From Azolla caroliniana (taxonomy: Eukaryota; Plantae; Polypodiophyta), in the NCBI GenBank assembly GCA_043228905.1, contig JBHGNT010000018.1, positions 8,742,001-8,806,000 of the forward strand: 64,000 nucleotides of DNA. The letters are read 5' to 3'. This document shows, piece after piece, positions 13,076 to 25,615 of the stretch. The notes under the pieces were generated by a model. The model was not told the origin of the DNA. It ran no database searches and was given only the letters and a program-made list of their open reading frames with translations. Position 1 is the first letter of the stretch. Each line of letters begins with the position of its first letter. The position numbers were made by a program, and so were the translations under genes.

Positions 13076-13480
13076 ATTTATACGTTGGCTACACCATCCG
13101 GAGTTGCTTTTAGCCTAGTGTAAGCCAATCAGCTATCATATGGGACACAAACCTCAGACTTGTGGATATATATAAAGAAAGTTCTACCTAGCCTTTCTTT
13201 GACTCTCCTTCTATCAATAGAAAACCTCCATGTATGAAAATCAATCATTTCAAATAAGATTCAAAATTAAAATCAATCAAAGTGGTTTCAAATAGAACCA
13301 TTTGGGCGTGTTCTTCTTTGTGAACAAAAATAATTCTTATGACTTAAATACAATCCTATTTATGACCTAAAAATGCTGTTACATGTACAACCAAGGCCTA
13401 ATAATGCTGTTAAGAGTATAGAGCAAGAGCACATTATAAAATGTGGACACTTTACAACCAGAAACAATGATTTAACTTAC

Positions 13481-14650
13481 AACTTTGGGTTTCTCCGGGG
13501 CCGGTGGTGGGGTTTCTGCATCAGGAGGTGAGACTATTTCCTGTTGAGAATTTGTTTCATATTGAGGATTTGCTTGAGATTGAGGATTGGTTTGATATTG
13601 ATATTGAGGACTGGGTTGATAATACTGGGGATTAGTCTGGTATTGAGGAATCGATGACGGGTATTGGTACTGAGGGTTCGATTTATACTGTGAATTTGTT
13701 TCATATTGAGGATTTTGCTGCCCATACTGAGAACTTTCATGCCCATATTGAGAATTTTGCTGCCCATACTGTGAATTTTCATGCCCATATTGAGAATTCT
13801 GCTGACCATACTGAGAATTTTCCTGCCCATATTGGGGAATTTGTTGCCCATACTGAGGGTTTTGCTGCCCATATTGAGGATTTTGCTGCCCATATTGAGA
13901 ATTAGGTTGCCAATATTGCGGAACAGGCTGCCCATACTGAGGATATTGCTGCCCATATTGAGGATTTTGTTGTCCATATTGAGAATTTTGCTGTTGCTCA
14001 TGTTGTGAGGAATTGGGTGGTTGTTGCCCATATTGAGAATTCCCTTGATTTGATTGATATTGTTGATATTGTGACGCTTCTTGTTGTTGAGGATTTTGTT
14101 GATACTGAGGGTTCTGCTGATACTGATACTGAGAGTTTTGCTCATATAATGTGTTCTGTTGATATTGATACTGAGGGTTTTGCTGATATTGAGGGTTTTG
14201 TTCATATTGAATGTTTTGCTCATACTGGGCATTTTGGTCATATCGAGAGTTTTGATTATACTGAGTGTTTTGATCATATTGAGGGTTTGTTTGATATTGA
14301 ATGTTTTGGTCATACTGTGGACTTCCTTCATTTTGAGAAACTTGATGTCCATTCTTCTCAATGTTACTAGCACTATTACAACACACTTTCCCCTTCTTCA
14401 TTCTAGAACCTTCTACTCTTCGTGGATTCTGTGGGCGATCGATGAAGATCCTTAAGCTCGTTAAGGAAGAGCGCAAAAAGGCTAGTTTGGATTGTGAGCC
14501 TTGCATTCTGATTGTGTGACGACATGAGAAGGAAAACTTCGGGTTCGATGAATGGATACCTGCATTTGATGGAGGGATTCTTAGTCTGGATGAAGAGACT
14601 TGGCAAACTTGTTGGGATGATGCCGAAGACATAACTGCTGTGGATGTCAT
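13481..14650 (-). CDS. First coding exon of S1-domain protein: transit-peptide-like N-terminus plus Q/N/Y/G repeat region (spliced protein ~531 aa)
   Basis: 390 open codons ending at a phase-0 donor GTT|GTAAGT at 13480. Ser/Arg-rich, acid-poor N-terminus; QYxQNP and QYGQQNP repeats. Confidence 0.82.
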
Positions 14651-14692
14651 CAGAGAAGAATAAAAGAGAAACTCTTGAAATAGGAAGGGCCC

Positions 14693-15258
14693 CTACATGA
14701 AACAGACTCAAGAATTAACAATGAATTTCACTTCACTCATATGATATCATCCCAATGAAATTGTTTTTGTTTTATCAGCTTAGTTTATCATATTGATTGC
14801 ATAATTAGCAAGAACAATGAAAATCAACACGTTGTGATCTTCAGATACTTTTCTTGAAAATTTTTCTTAACATCACAAGGCTTCTCCTTATAAAAAGAAA
14901 TTGCATCATGAGAATTTTCTAACAACCAAACCAAAACAAAGAAATTTTCATTAGGGTCATTTATATCAAGAAAACTTGGCATTAACAGGATTTATAGGTA
15001 AAAAAAAGAAAGAAAAAAGGTCTTGCACTACGAGGATTTTTAAGTTGAAATTTTGTAAATTTAAGAGGTTCTTTAAGCAAAAAAATTGCATTAAAGGATT
15101 CCTCTTTAGCTATTTGAAACTTGATTAACAACAAAAAGAGGGGAGTATAGAAACAATAATGGTAACAACATTTTTACAAAACAAAGACTGTAGAAAAGTG
15201 GAGTAGTGGTGGATGAGGTTACAGAGCAGAAGAGAGAGAGAGAGAGAGGGAGACATAC
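14693..15258 (-). other. Probable 5'-UTR intron of the S1 gene (non-coding exon 1 ends at 15259)
   Basis: Donor AAG|GTATGT at 15258 followed by a (CT)n tract; pyrimidine-rich acceptor TTTTCATGTAG at 14693. Confidence 0.55.
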
Positions 15259-16353
15259 CTTTGGGAGGTTGAGCTTCTCTTCTTCACGGAGAAACCTCAA
15301 GAGTCTGCGTGTCTCTCGCAGGAAACAAAGAGATAATAGAGCGAGCGAAGGAGGCCAAAACAAGAGATAATTTTTGTTTGTTTTATTAGTTAGAGTTCAC
15401 ACTTGGCCGGACATTTCGTCTTCAAGACAAACAATGAGCACGACACGTTGTGGACGCTTTTCTGGCACACGTTCCTTCACTTTGCAGATACATCCACATT
15501 GTCCGCGCGCGCTTCTTCATGCTTTTAAAAGGTTCTTCATAATCGATCTCCCTGGGAAAGGCCCATAATACTCTTGGACGCAACCTGAGCTCACTTAAAA
15601 GAAGCCACATCTTCCTTATGAGAAGCTCAGACTCCTCTTCGACAAGCGTAGCCAGCTTAGAAGGTACGTGAAGCTCACCGCCTCAATGCGAAATCTAAGG
15701 AGGCTCCCACCCTCCCTCTTCACAAAAATAGAGGGGTGGGAAACACGACCCTTGGAATCGTAACATGTTTGAAGATGCTTTTCGGGATTTTCAATCCTCA
15801 CCCATGGCACCCGCGAGGTGGGACTGCATGTTGTGCACGAAAATGTGGACATCGTCTTTCTTGCTTAGATATACGAACGAAACTGTTGTAGATGATCAAA
15901 TGATTGTTGTTGTTGCACAAAAAAGAATAGTGGTCAATTCTCAAAGCTAAAATGCATGCTTGGCGTACCGGAAGTACTGATATCTAAAATGCATGTATCA
16001 ATCAAACCATTAACACGAGGAAATACTTTCATAATCTAAATATCAAATTCATTTTAGAAAGAAGAATCCTCATAGTCTAATGTTCAACGATAGAAATATT
16101 TGTGACAATTGTTGAAAATCATTTCATTCAATCAAATGGCCATTTGAAAGATATTGAACAATGCTTGCTTGGCGTGCGTAAAATACAAGGTTGATACCCA
16201 ATTTCTCCATTTTGTGTCATTAGAAATATACTAATTAGAATTTGAGCTTAAGAAATTAACTCTAGAATTTAAAAGGAAAGACTATTCTAACGTGCCAATT
16301 ATATTCAAATTTGACTCATATTTGGATTGAATGCGAAGAATTCAAAAGATGAT

Positions 16354-16426
16354 GGGGATATAGCTCACATGGTAGAGCGCTTGCTTTGCATGCAAAAGGT
16401 ACAGGGATGGATACCCTGCTTCTCCA
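16354..16426 (+). pseudogene. tRNA-Ala(UGC)-like copy
   Basis: 73 nt; acceptor-stem mismatches; B-box C56 changed to G. Confidence 0.8.
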
Positions 16427-16816
16427 TTTTGTATCATTACGAATTACTAAATTGAGACATCATCTCTATTTCTCGATGCCCATGTCATCATTCCTATTCG
16501 TACAAACGCATCAAGGAAAACTAGAAATAAAAAATTTACTTCTAAACTTCACATCGAAATTTGATTCACAAATATCATAACAATGTTGCACAAAATAGAA
16601 TATTGGTCGATTCTCAAAGCTAAAATGCATGATTGGCATACCGGAAGTACGGAGTTGATGGCATTATTGCAACCGTATTAATTTAAAAGTGACCTCACGA
16701 GATTACTTTTAAGATTTGAAAACAACTATTAGTACGGCCTATTACCTAGATTTATAAAGAAACATTATCTGTTACATGTCACTCCCCACTTTATAAAACA
16801 TGGAGGCAAAAGTTTT

Positions 16817-16889
16817 GGGGATGTAGCTCAAATGGTAGAGCGCTCAATTCGCATGCGAGAGGTATGGGGGTTGATACCCCGCATCTCCA
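16817..16889 (+). pseudogene. tRNA-Ala copy (AGC slot, reads CGC; anticodon stem mutated)
   Basis: GGGGATGTAGCTCAAATGG...CTCAATTCGCATGCGAG...CATCTCCA. Confidence 0.8.
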
Positions 16890-17364
16890 TTTTCATATCA
16901 TGACAAACTTAAGCATTGATATCCTATCTCAAACTATCTCAGTTCCATTAGTCTAAATCCAATCGACTTGTTCTCCAAATGAGCGGACAGAAAGCATAAA
17001 TTGTGGATGTCACACTTAGCAAGCTAGAGGTATATGTTATGACGCATAGGATGTAAGCGCTAGGGATCGATACAGGACACAATCATTGTGTATCAGAGAC
17101 GATAGAAATATTTGTGACAAATGTTGAAAATCTTTTCATTAAATCAAATGGCCATTTGAAAGATATTGAACAATGCTGGCTTGGCATGCGTGAAATATGA
17201 GGTTCATACCCAATTTCTACTTTGGTGTCATTACAAATGTGCGACTTAAAATTTGAGCTCAATAAATTAAATCAAGAATTTAAAAAGGAAAGAATATTAT
17301 AACGTGCCAATAATATTCAAATTTTACACGTATTTGGATTAAATGCGAAGATTCTAATTTTGAT

Positions 17365-17437
17365 GGGGATGTAGCAATCATGGTAGAGCGCTTGCTTTGC
17401 ATGCGAAAGGTACGGGGATCGATACCCAACTTTTCCA
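17365..17437 (+). pseudogene. tRNA-Ala(UGC)-like copy
   Basis: 73 nt; D-stem and T-stem mismatches. Confidence 0.8.
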
Positions 17438-17840
17438 TTTTGTATCATTACGAATTATTAAATTGAAAGGTCATCTCTAAGTTTCTTAGTTTCAAGAATG
17501 TCATTCTGGTTTGCATGAGGATGATATTGTGAAATGCTCTCAAGAATATTCCATTATGTTCTAAGTTACATTTTATAGAGTACTCTTAGCGTGGAGGGTG
17601 TTCTCCCGCTCCAATTAGCTCTTCTAATTATGGGGCTTGGTAGGGGCCTAATTTGGGTGTGGTCCATATGGAGGTAGGGGCCTAATTTAGGTGGCCTAAT
17701 TTGGGTGTGTTCCATGTGATCGCCACAGTTCCCCCTTGTAAAAAAAAGTTGTAGGCATGCGTAACGATGGGCAAGATTCGGTCCCAAGTCGAGTGCAGTG
17801 GATCGATGTAGGCCGAGATTTGTTGTTTTAAGGTTCGATT

Positions 17841-20800
17841 TGACGGGAATCCAACGCCCCTTATGCCCTAAGCTCGGCCACAACCGAGATTCTTTTCATA
17901 CACAGAAAAGAGGTAATGAAACACGACACAGAGAAGAGAAATGGTACACAGGAGGTTAACGTGGAAAACCCCAAACTAGGGAAAAACCACGGCAGCCCAC
18001 AGGCTGCAAACTGTCACTATGTATGAATGTACATAACAGTGAGTACTCGGAGGCAACGACCTCGGACTCACGATCTTCGCCATGGGCGGCGGTTACAACA
18101 GAGGCAACGACCTCGTCTCTCTCTCTCTCTCTGTACAGTTACACACTCTCTCTTCTTCTTGTACCAACAAGAAAATAACAACTACCACGACAATACTAAA
18201 AGTTTGCCCTAAGTCATATTTATACTAATATAACTTTTCGGCTATTTACAAATATAGCCTCGATGGGCTCTCAGAAACATATTTACGAATATGTCTCTTC
18301 CTCCGGTTCAAACCGGGCCTGCACCATCCGGCTCTCCGTAGCCGGGTACTCCTCATCCGGTTCACACCGGGCCTGTATCATCCGGCTCTCCGTAGCCGGG
18401 TACTCCTCATCCGGTTCACACCGGGCCTGTATCATCTGGCTCTCCGTAGCCGGGTACTCCTCATCCGGTTCACACCGGGCCTGTATCATCCGGCTCTCCG
18501 TAGCCGGGTACTCCTCATATCGTTTCGGCCTCGGCCGAGTTTGTTCGTCGGCACTGTTCTTCTCCCTTCCCATCCGCAGGGACCTGTCTCCCAACAAACT
18601 CCCCCTTCACTCCGGCATGGGATGTCTTACCAGTCCGATTCTCTTTCGGCATGCATCCAGCTTGTCGGGTGTCAGCACTTTGGTGAGCATATCTGACCCG
18701 TTCTCGGCCGTGTGGATCTTCGTCAGTGCGAACTCCTGGTCATCTACTCTTTCCCGGATCCAGTGATACCTCCGCTGGATATGCTTCGTCCGGGAATGGT
18801 AGGCCGCATTCTTAGCAAGGTGGATGGCACTTTGACTGTCGTAGTAGAGTCGGTATTCCTCTTGCCGGATACCGAGCTCTCCGATGAAGTCCATCCATAA
18901 TATTTCCTTGCCGGCTTCCACAGCCGCCATGTACTCCGCCTCTGTGGTTGACAATGCAACCGTTTTCTGTAGCCTTGACTGCCACGAAACAGCTCCCCCT
19001 GCATATGTCATCACATACCCAGATGTAGATCGACTGGTATCCACATCAGCCGACATGTCCGAATCGGTGAAACCGTCCAGTTGAGGTTTTCCGGAGCCGA
19101 ATCGGAGACACATATTTGAAGTGCCCTTCAAATACCGGAGTATCCACTTGACCGCGTTCCAGTGCTCCTTGCCGGGATTACTCATGAACCGGCTCACCAC
19201 TCCGACTGCGTATCCAATATCCGGTCGGGTACAAACCATTGCGTACATCAAGCTCCCGACGGAAGAGGCATATGGAATCTTCATCATATCTGCCTTCTCT
19301 CCTTTCGTCTTCGGGCTTTGCTTGCCGGATAGCTTGCAGTTTGCCGGAAGTGTTGATCCGACCGGTTTTGCATCTGACATCTTGAACCGGTGAAGCACCT
19401 TTGTCACGTACTTCTCCTATGACAGCCATAGTTGCTTCGCTTTCTGGTTACGGATGATGTGCATCCCCAACATCTGTCTTGCCGGACCCAAGTCTTTCAT
19501 TGAGAAGGTCCGGTTTAGGGCCTTCTTCAGCATCCGTATTTTGACTTGGTCACGTCCGACGATCAACATGTAATCCACGTATAGGAGGAGTATTAAGAAG
19601 TCACCTCCTTCGAACTTCTTCACAAACACGCAGTGATCGGCCTGCGTCTTGTGGTACCCTTGATCGGTCATGAAGGAGTCGAACTTCTGATACCATTGCC
19701 GGGGAGCCTGCTTCAGTCCGTATAGGCTCTTCTTCAACCGGCATACCAGGTGCTCCTTCCCTTTCTCCACAAATCCTTCTGGTTGCTGCATGTAGATCTC
19801 CTCTTCGAGGTCGCCGTGAAGGAATGCCGTCTTCACGTCCAGCTGCTCTACCTCGAGGTCCATGCTTGCTGCTACACTCAGCACCGTCCGGATGGAGGTC
19901 AACTTTACTACCGGGGCAAATATCTCGTCGAAGTCCACACCCTTCTTCTGCTGGAACCCCTTCACCACGATCCTGGCTTTGTATCTCGGGGGGTTGCCGG
20001 CATCTCCCGGTTTCAACTTGTACACCCACTTGTTTCGGAGTGCCCGCTTTCCTTTCGGCAACTCCACCAATTCGTATGTATGGTTCTCATGCAGGGAATC
20101 CATCTCGTCCTGCATGGCACTTAACCATTTTCAGCTGTGGGTGTCTTCCTTCACTTCTTCGAAGCTTTCCGGCTCCCCCTCATCGGTCAGCAGCACATGC
20201 TCTGCATCCGGAAATCTCCGGGGGGCCCTTCTCTCTCTGAGAGGATATCTACGTCTTCGGGCTTCGGTATCCGGCTCCTCCAGTTGCTCTTCATCCGAAT
20301 CCGATTCGGGGTCTTGGCCGGTTCCGGTTTCAGCTTCTTCTACTTCTTCTTCTGCCGGTTCGGTATCCTCACCGTAACCGGTTGGTTCCTCAAGTGCTAA
20401 CCGGTCTCTTGCCGGTTGGGTCTGCTCATCGTAGAGTCTATCCTTACCGGTCGACTCAGAGTTCATTATCTTCTTCTCCGACTCCCAGTCAGCGAGCGTC
20501 TTGTCCTTCATGAAGATAATATCTCGACTCCGGAATATCTTCTTGTCGACCGGGTCCCACACTTGGTAGCCGAACTCATCGTCACCGTAACCGAGTAATA
20601 TGCATTGCCGGGTCTTTGGATCTAACTTTCCTCTCCGGTCCTTTGCTACATGCACGTACGCGAGACACCCGAACACCCTCAGATGCCGGTAGGACACTTC
20701 CTTACCGGTCCATACTCTCTGTGGCGTGTCTCCGTCCAAGGGTACTGAGGGTGATCTATTTATCACGTATGTCGCCGTCGACATTGCCTCAGCCCAGAAC

Positions 20801-23522
20801 TTCTTGGGTAGTTTTGCATGCGCTAGCATACTCCAGACCCTCTCCATTATGGTCCGGTTCATCCTCTCGGCCAGTCCGTTTAGTTCCGGCGTCTTCGGCA
20901 CGGTAAATTCGAGCCGGATTCCCTTCGAGCGGCAGTACTCCTCGAACTGCCCCCGGTATTCTCCTCCGTTATCTGCTCGAACCACCTTCAGCTTCCAGCC
21001 GGTTTCTCTTTCCACTCTCGTGTGGAGCTCTTTGAAGACGGATAACACCTGATCCTTTGTCTTCAACGGTATGGCCCACAGCTTCCGGCTGTGGTCATCT
21101 ATGAACGTTACGAAGTACTGCGCTCCAGCATGTGACTTCGTGTCTACTTGACACACATCCGTATGCACCAACTCTAGTGGTGCATTACGTCTCATCGGTG
21201 GCCTTGGTCGGAAGGAGGTCTGGTTTTGCTTACCGGCCAGACAATCAGTGCACTTCTCCAAGTGCACGTTCTTCACTGGAATGAGGTTGTCGTCTGCAAG
21301 CCTCTTCATCCCCTTCTCGCTCATATGACACAACCTCTTGTGCCACAGCTCACCGGCAGTGTCGGATGCTACGTTCACTTCTTCCGGACATAACCAGGCA
21401 TTCATCAAGTACAATGTGTTTACCTTCCGGGCCCGAGCCACAATCAGGCTCCCTTTGCTGAATTTCATGACACCGTTCCGGATGCTACCCGTGTAGCCTT
21501 CATCATCTAGCCGACCGGCTGATATCAGGTTCAGACGAACTTCCGGAACGTGTCGGACATCCTTCAGCAGCAACTTGTATCCGGTTGGTGTTGTCAGCCA
21601 CACGTCTCCTATGCCGACAATTCGGCATGTCCCTTCATTTCCCATCCGGACACAGCCGTGATCACTGGCTGAGTAGGATGAGAAGTATTTCCGGTCCGGG
21701 GTAAGGTGGAACGATGCTCCGGAGTCTACCACCCAGGTCATCTTGTCGCCGGCAAGGTTTATTTCACTCTCCTCGGTGATGAGCATCAACTCCTCTTCAC
21801 TTGCCGCGATTGCCGTCGTTCCCTTCCGGTCCGGCCCCCTCCGGTCTTTACCGTTCCGGTCCAGGGTTTGCTTCGAATCGGTACCGTCGGTTTCCTTGTC
21901 TTTATGGAAATGCCGACAGTTCTTTTGGAAGTGACCCGGCTTGCCGCAATAGAAGCAAGTAGGCCTACCCCTTGACTTTGACCGTGTCCCCGACTTCTCC
22001 CGGTTCTGGGGACTACGGTTTCTATGTCTTCCGCGTTCCGATTCGGTAAGGAGCGCTTTGGAGTCGGAGCTCGTATCTTTGTCTTTCCGACGAGCCTCCT
22101 CATCTAGCAAGCTCGACTTTACTCTTGCTAGGGATAACCGTTTTCCTTCCGGCCCGGCGTTGCCCAAAGTGACAACCAACGTCTCCTAGCTATCCGGGAG
22201 GGAACCGAGCAGGAGTAGCGCTAGTACCTCATCGGCAAGAGGTACTTCCAATGACGTTGCCTGGTGGATCAGCCCCTGGAAGGCATTCATGTGCTCCGCC
22301 ATGCTGGAGCCATCTTGGTACCGGAGTCTTACTAGCTTCCGGAATACCGAAACCTGGTTGACAACATTTTTGTTTTGGAACATTATGCCGATCTTCTCCC
22401 AGAGCTCATGAGCCTTGCTCTCTTCATTGAAGTTGTTGTACAGGCTCATGTCGATGAAGCACCATATGTACGCCGTTGTCTTCATGTGCATCACCTCCCA
22501 TATCGCGGCGTCGATTTTGTCCGGTCTCTTGTCCCCGAACTGAACCGGCAGCCAGAGGTCTTTAACCACGAGCATGTCCCTCATCTTCGACTTCCACACT
22601 GAGTAGTTGGAGCCGGTGAGCTTGAACATGCCGCCAAACGATTCGTCCATTTTCTGTGTCGATTTTGCTCTGATACCAATTGACGGGAATCCAATGCCCC
22701 TTATGCCCTAAGCTCGGCCACAACCGAGATTCTTTTCATACATAGAAAAGAGGTAATGAAACACGACACAGAGAAGAGAAATGGTACACAGGAGGTTAAT
22801 GTGGAAAACCCCAAACTAGGGAAAAACCACGGCAGCCCACAGGCTGCAAACTGTCACTATGTATGAATGTACATAACAGTGAGTACTCGGAGGCAACGAC
22901 CTCGGACTCACGATCTTCGCCATGGGCGGCAGTTACAACAGAGGCAACGACCTTGTCTCTCTCTCTCTCTCTCTGTACAGTTACGCACTCTCTCTTCTTC
23001 TTGCACCAACAAGAAAATAACAACTACCACGACAATACTAAAAGTTTGCCTAAGTCATATTTATACTAATATGACTTTTCGGCTATTTACAAATATAGCC
23101 TCGATGGGCTCTCAAAAACATATTTACGAATATGTCTCTTCCTCCGGTTCAAACCGGGCCTGCACCATCCGGCTCTCCGTAGCTGGGTACTCCTCATTCG
23201 GTTCACACCGGGCCTGTATCATTCGGCTCTCCGTAGCCGGGTACTCCTCATCCGGTTCACACCGGGCCTGTATCATCCGGCTCTCCGTAGCCGGGTACTC
23301 CTCATCCGGTTCACACCGGGCCTGTATCATCCGGCTCTCCGTAGCCGGGTACTCCTCATCCGGTTCACACCGGGCCTGTATCATCCGGCTCTCCGTAGCC
23401 GGGTACTCCTCATCCGGTTCACACCAGGCCTGTATCATCCGGATCTCCGTAGCCGGGTACTCCTCATCCCGTTTCGGCACTGTTCTTCTCCCTTCCCATC
23501 CGGAGGGACCTGTCTCCCAACA
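17841..23522 (-). mobile_element. Full-length Ty1/copia family A copy 2 (LTRs 17841-18596 and 22681-23522; TSD CGATT; iMet PBS), inserted in the gypsy integrase
   Basis: Both LTRs TG..CA; CGATT on both sides; TGGTATCAGAGC next to 22681; interrupts GLTERLN|RTLKQ. Confidence 0.96.
18607..22650 (-). pseudogene. Copia gag-pol polyprotein in a single frame, broken by three nonsense codons
   Basis: ORFs 22186..22650, 20131..22179, 19417..20115 and 18607..19407 share one frame; CX2CX4HX4C, DSGAS protease, integrase, RT and RNase H are all present. Confidence 0.93.
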
Positions 23523-25615
23523 CGATTGAGGCGCTCCGTCAATCCATTCGTCTGCGGATGGTAGGGCGACGTGAATAATTGTTGGATTCCTAATTGTGTA
23601 GAAACTAGGCGTAGGAGCTCACTATTGAAGTGGGGTCCTCGATCAGACAAGATTTGGAGTGGGCAACCATGGGGGAAGATGATTTTCTCCAATAGTTTGG
23701 AGGCGATGGTCATAGCCTTGGCATCTGGGATAGCGGCCGTCTCAGCCCAACGTGTCAAGTACTCGGTTATGACGAGGGTGAATTTGTTCCCTTCTTGTGA
23801 TTCGGGAAAGGGGCCCATAATGTCCCATCCGACAATTTCAAATGGAGCTTGAACTTGTATCGGATGTAAGAGGCCTTGAGCCACTTGAGGTGATTTGATG
23901 GCCTGACATAAGTTGCATGCTTTGATGTAGGAGGCGACCTCGTGGCGTAGCCCCGGCCAATAGAGTTTGCAACGGATTTTGTCTAGCACCTTATGAAAAC
24001 CCAAGTGGCCGGACAACGGGTGATCGTGGAAGAAACGAAGGTAAGACAGGTGCAGTTGCTCAGGCACGTAGACCCGGGGTTCCTTGCCTACTTGGCAAAA
24101 TAGCAGGACATTATCCTGGATCATGAATTGCTTGGTGAGGGATGATGTGGGCTCGTCTCGTAGGCGGTGGTAGATGTCTTGGAATTTTTTGTCATGTTAT
24201 TGCATGTTGGCTATTTAGGACGAGGATATGGGGAAATCGATTGTGTCAGAGGCGTCTAGGTCGCCTGAAAGGATATGCGGGATAATCCATCGGCGACGAT
24301 GTTCTGGGGACCACGACGATAGCGCAATGTGAATGTGTAATCCTATAGTGCCAAAGCCCAACGGAGTAAGCGACTGGGTGGATGAGCCTTCTTTATGAGG
24401 GAGAGCAATGGCTGATGGTCGGTTTTGACTGATGTATTTGATCCGTGTACGTATGGGTGGAAACGATGGAATGCCTAGACGATGGCGAGCAACTCTTTTT
24501 CGGTTGTCGAGTAATTTTGTTCGGCTTTGGTAAGTGATCGACTTATGTAGGCAATCGGGCGTAGTTGGTCGTTGTCGTCGGATTGGAGCAGGACCGCACC
24601 AAAGCCGACATTGGAGGCATCCGTCTGTAGATGGAAAGGCTTCGTGAAATCAGGGTGGGCGAGGAGGTCAGACGTTTGGAGTGTTCGCTTGAGCTGCAAG
24701 AAGCTGGATTCGCAGGCTTTGGTCCATAGGAAGGGTGTGTCTTTTTGCAGGAGCGCGCGTAGTGGGGCAGACAGGTCGGCTAGCCGTGGGATGAAGCGGA
24801 GAGAGAACGTGAGGAGGCCGAGGAAGCGTTGAAGCTGCTTGACAGTGGTGGGGCGGGGGAATTTTTGGACTGCTTTTGTCTTCTCTGGGTCCATCTGTAC
24901 TCCGTCGGAGGAGATGACGTACTCGAGGAAGCGGAGGCACCCCCATCGACACTTCTTTCATTGCAGCTGCAATCGATAGTGTTGAACACAAGTGAGGACC
25001 TCCCGAAGGACTTGAAGGTGTTCCACCCAAGTGCTTGTATGTATCAGAATATCGACTAGATAGACGATGACGACGCGGCGGGTGATGAGATCATCGAAGA
25101 TGGCGTTAGCCATTCGCTGGAATGTGCTCCCAGCATCGGATAGGCCAAAGGGCATCCGTGTGAACTGAAAAATGCCTTTCCTAGTGTGGAATGCAGTTTT
25201 GTGGGCATCTTTAGGATTCATAGGGATTTGCCAATATCCCGAGGCCAGATTGAGGGAGGTGAAGTACTTTGATTTGCCGAGCTGGTCAAGGAGGTCGTCG
25301 ATACGAGGGAGAGGATATCGGTCATGGGTGTTGACATGGTTTAGTTGTCGGAAGTCGACACAAAAATGGTAAGAGCCATCCCCGTTCTGTACCATGTGTG
25401 GCTCCGAGATCCACTTGCTCTTGGAAGGTGTGATAATCCCTTGTTGTAGCATAGTTTTGACGGCGTTGTCGATGCGCTTGTGGTCGAGAGGCGAGCGACG
25501 TCGAGGAGCTGCGTGGATGGGGCGGGCGTTGCCTGTAGGAATCGTGTGGTGGATCGGAAAACGGACCGAGGGAGGTTTTGCAGGTGGTGTAGACAACGAG
25601 GGAAAGGTGGCTAGG

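Larger units (their letters stand above)
15911..17527 (+). repeat. tRNA-Ala higher-order tandem array, block 1
   Basis: ~1.15-kb unit; continues in register at 29255 across the gypsy insertion. Confidence 0.92.

Noticed and set aside
13534-14455. Overlapping alternative-frame and antisense ORFs (ILNM/LILRV repeats)
   Set aside because: By-products of the 18/21-bp coding repeats of the S1 gene.
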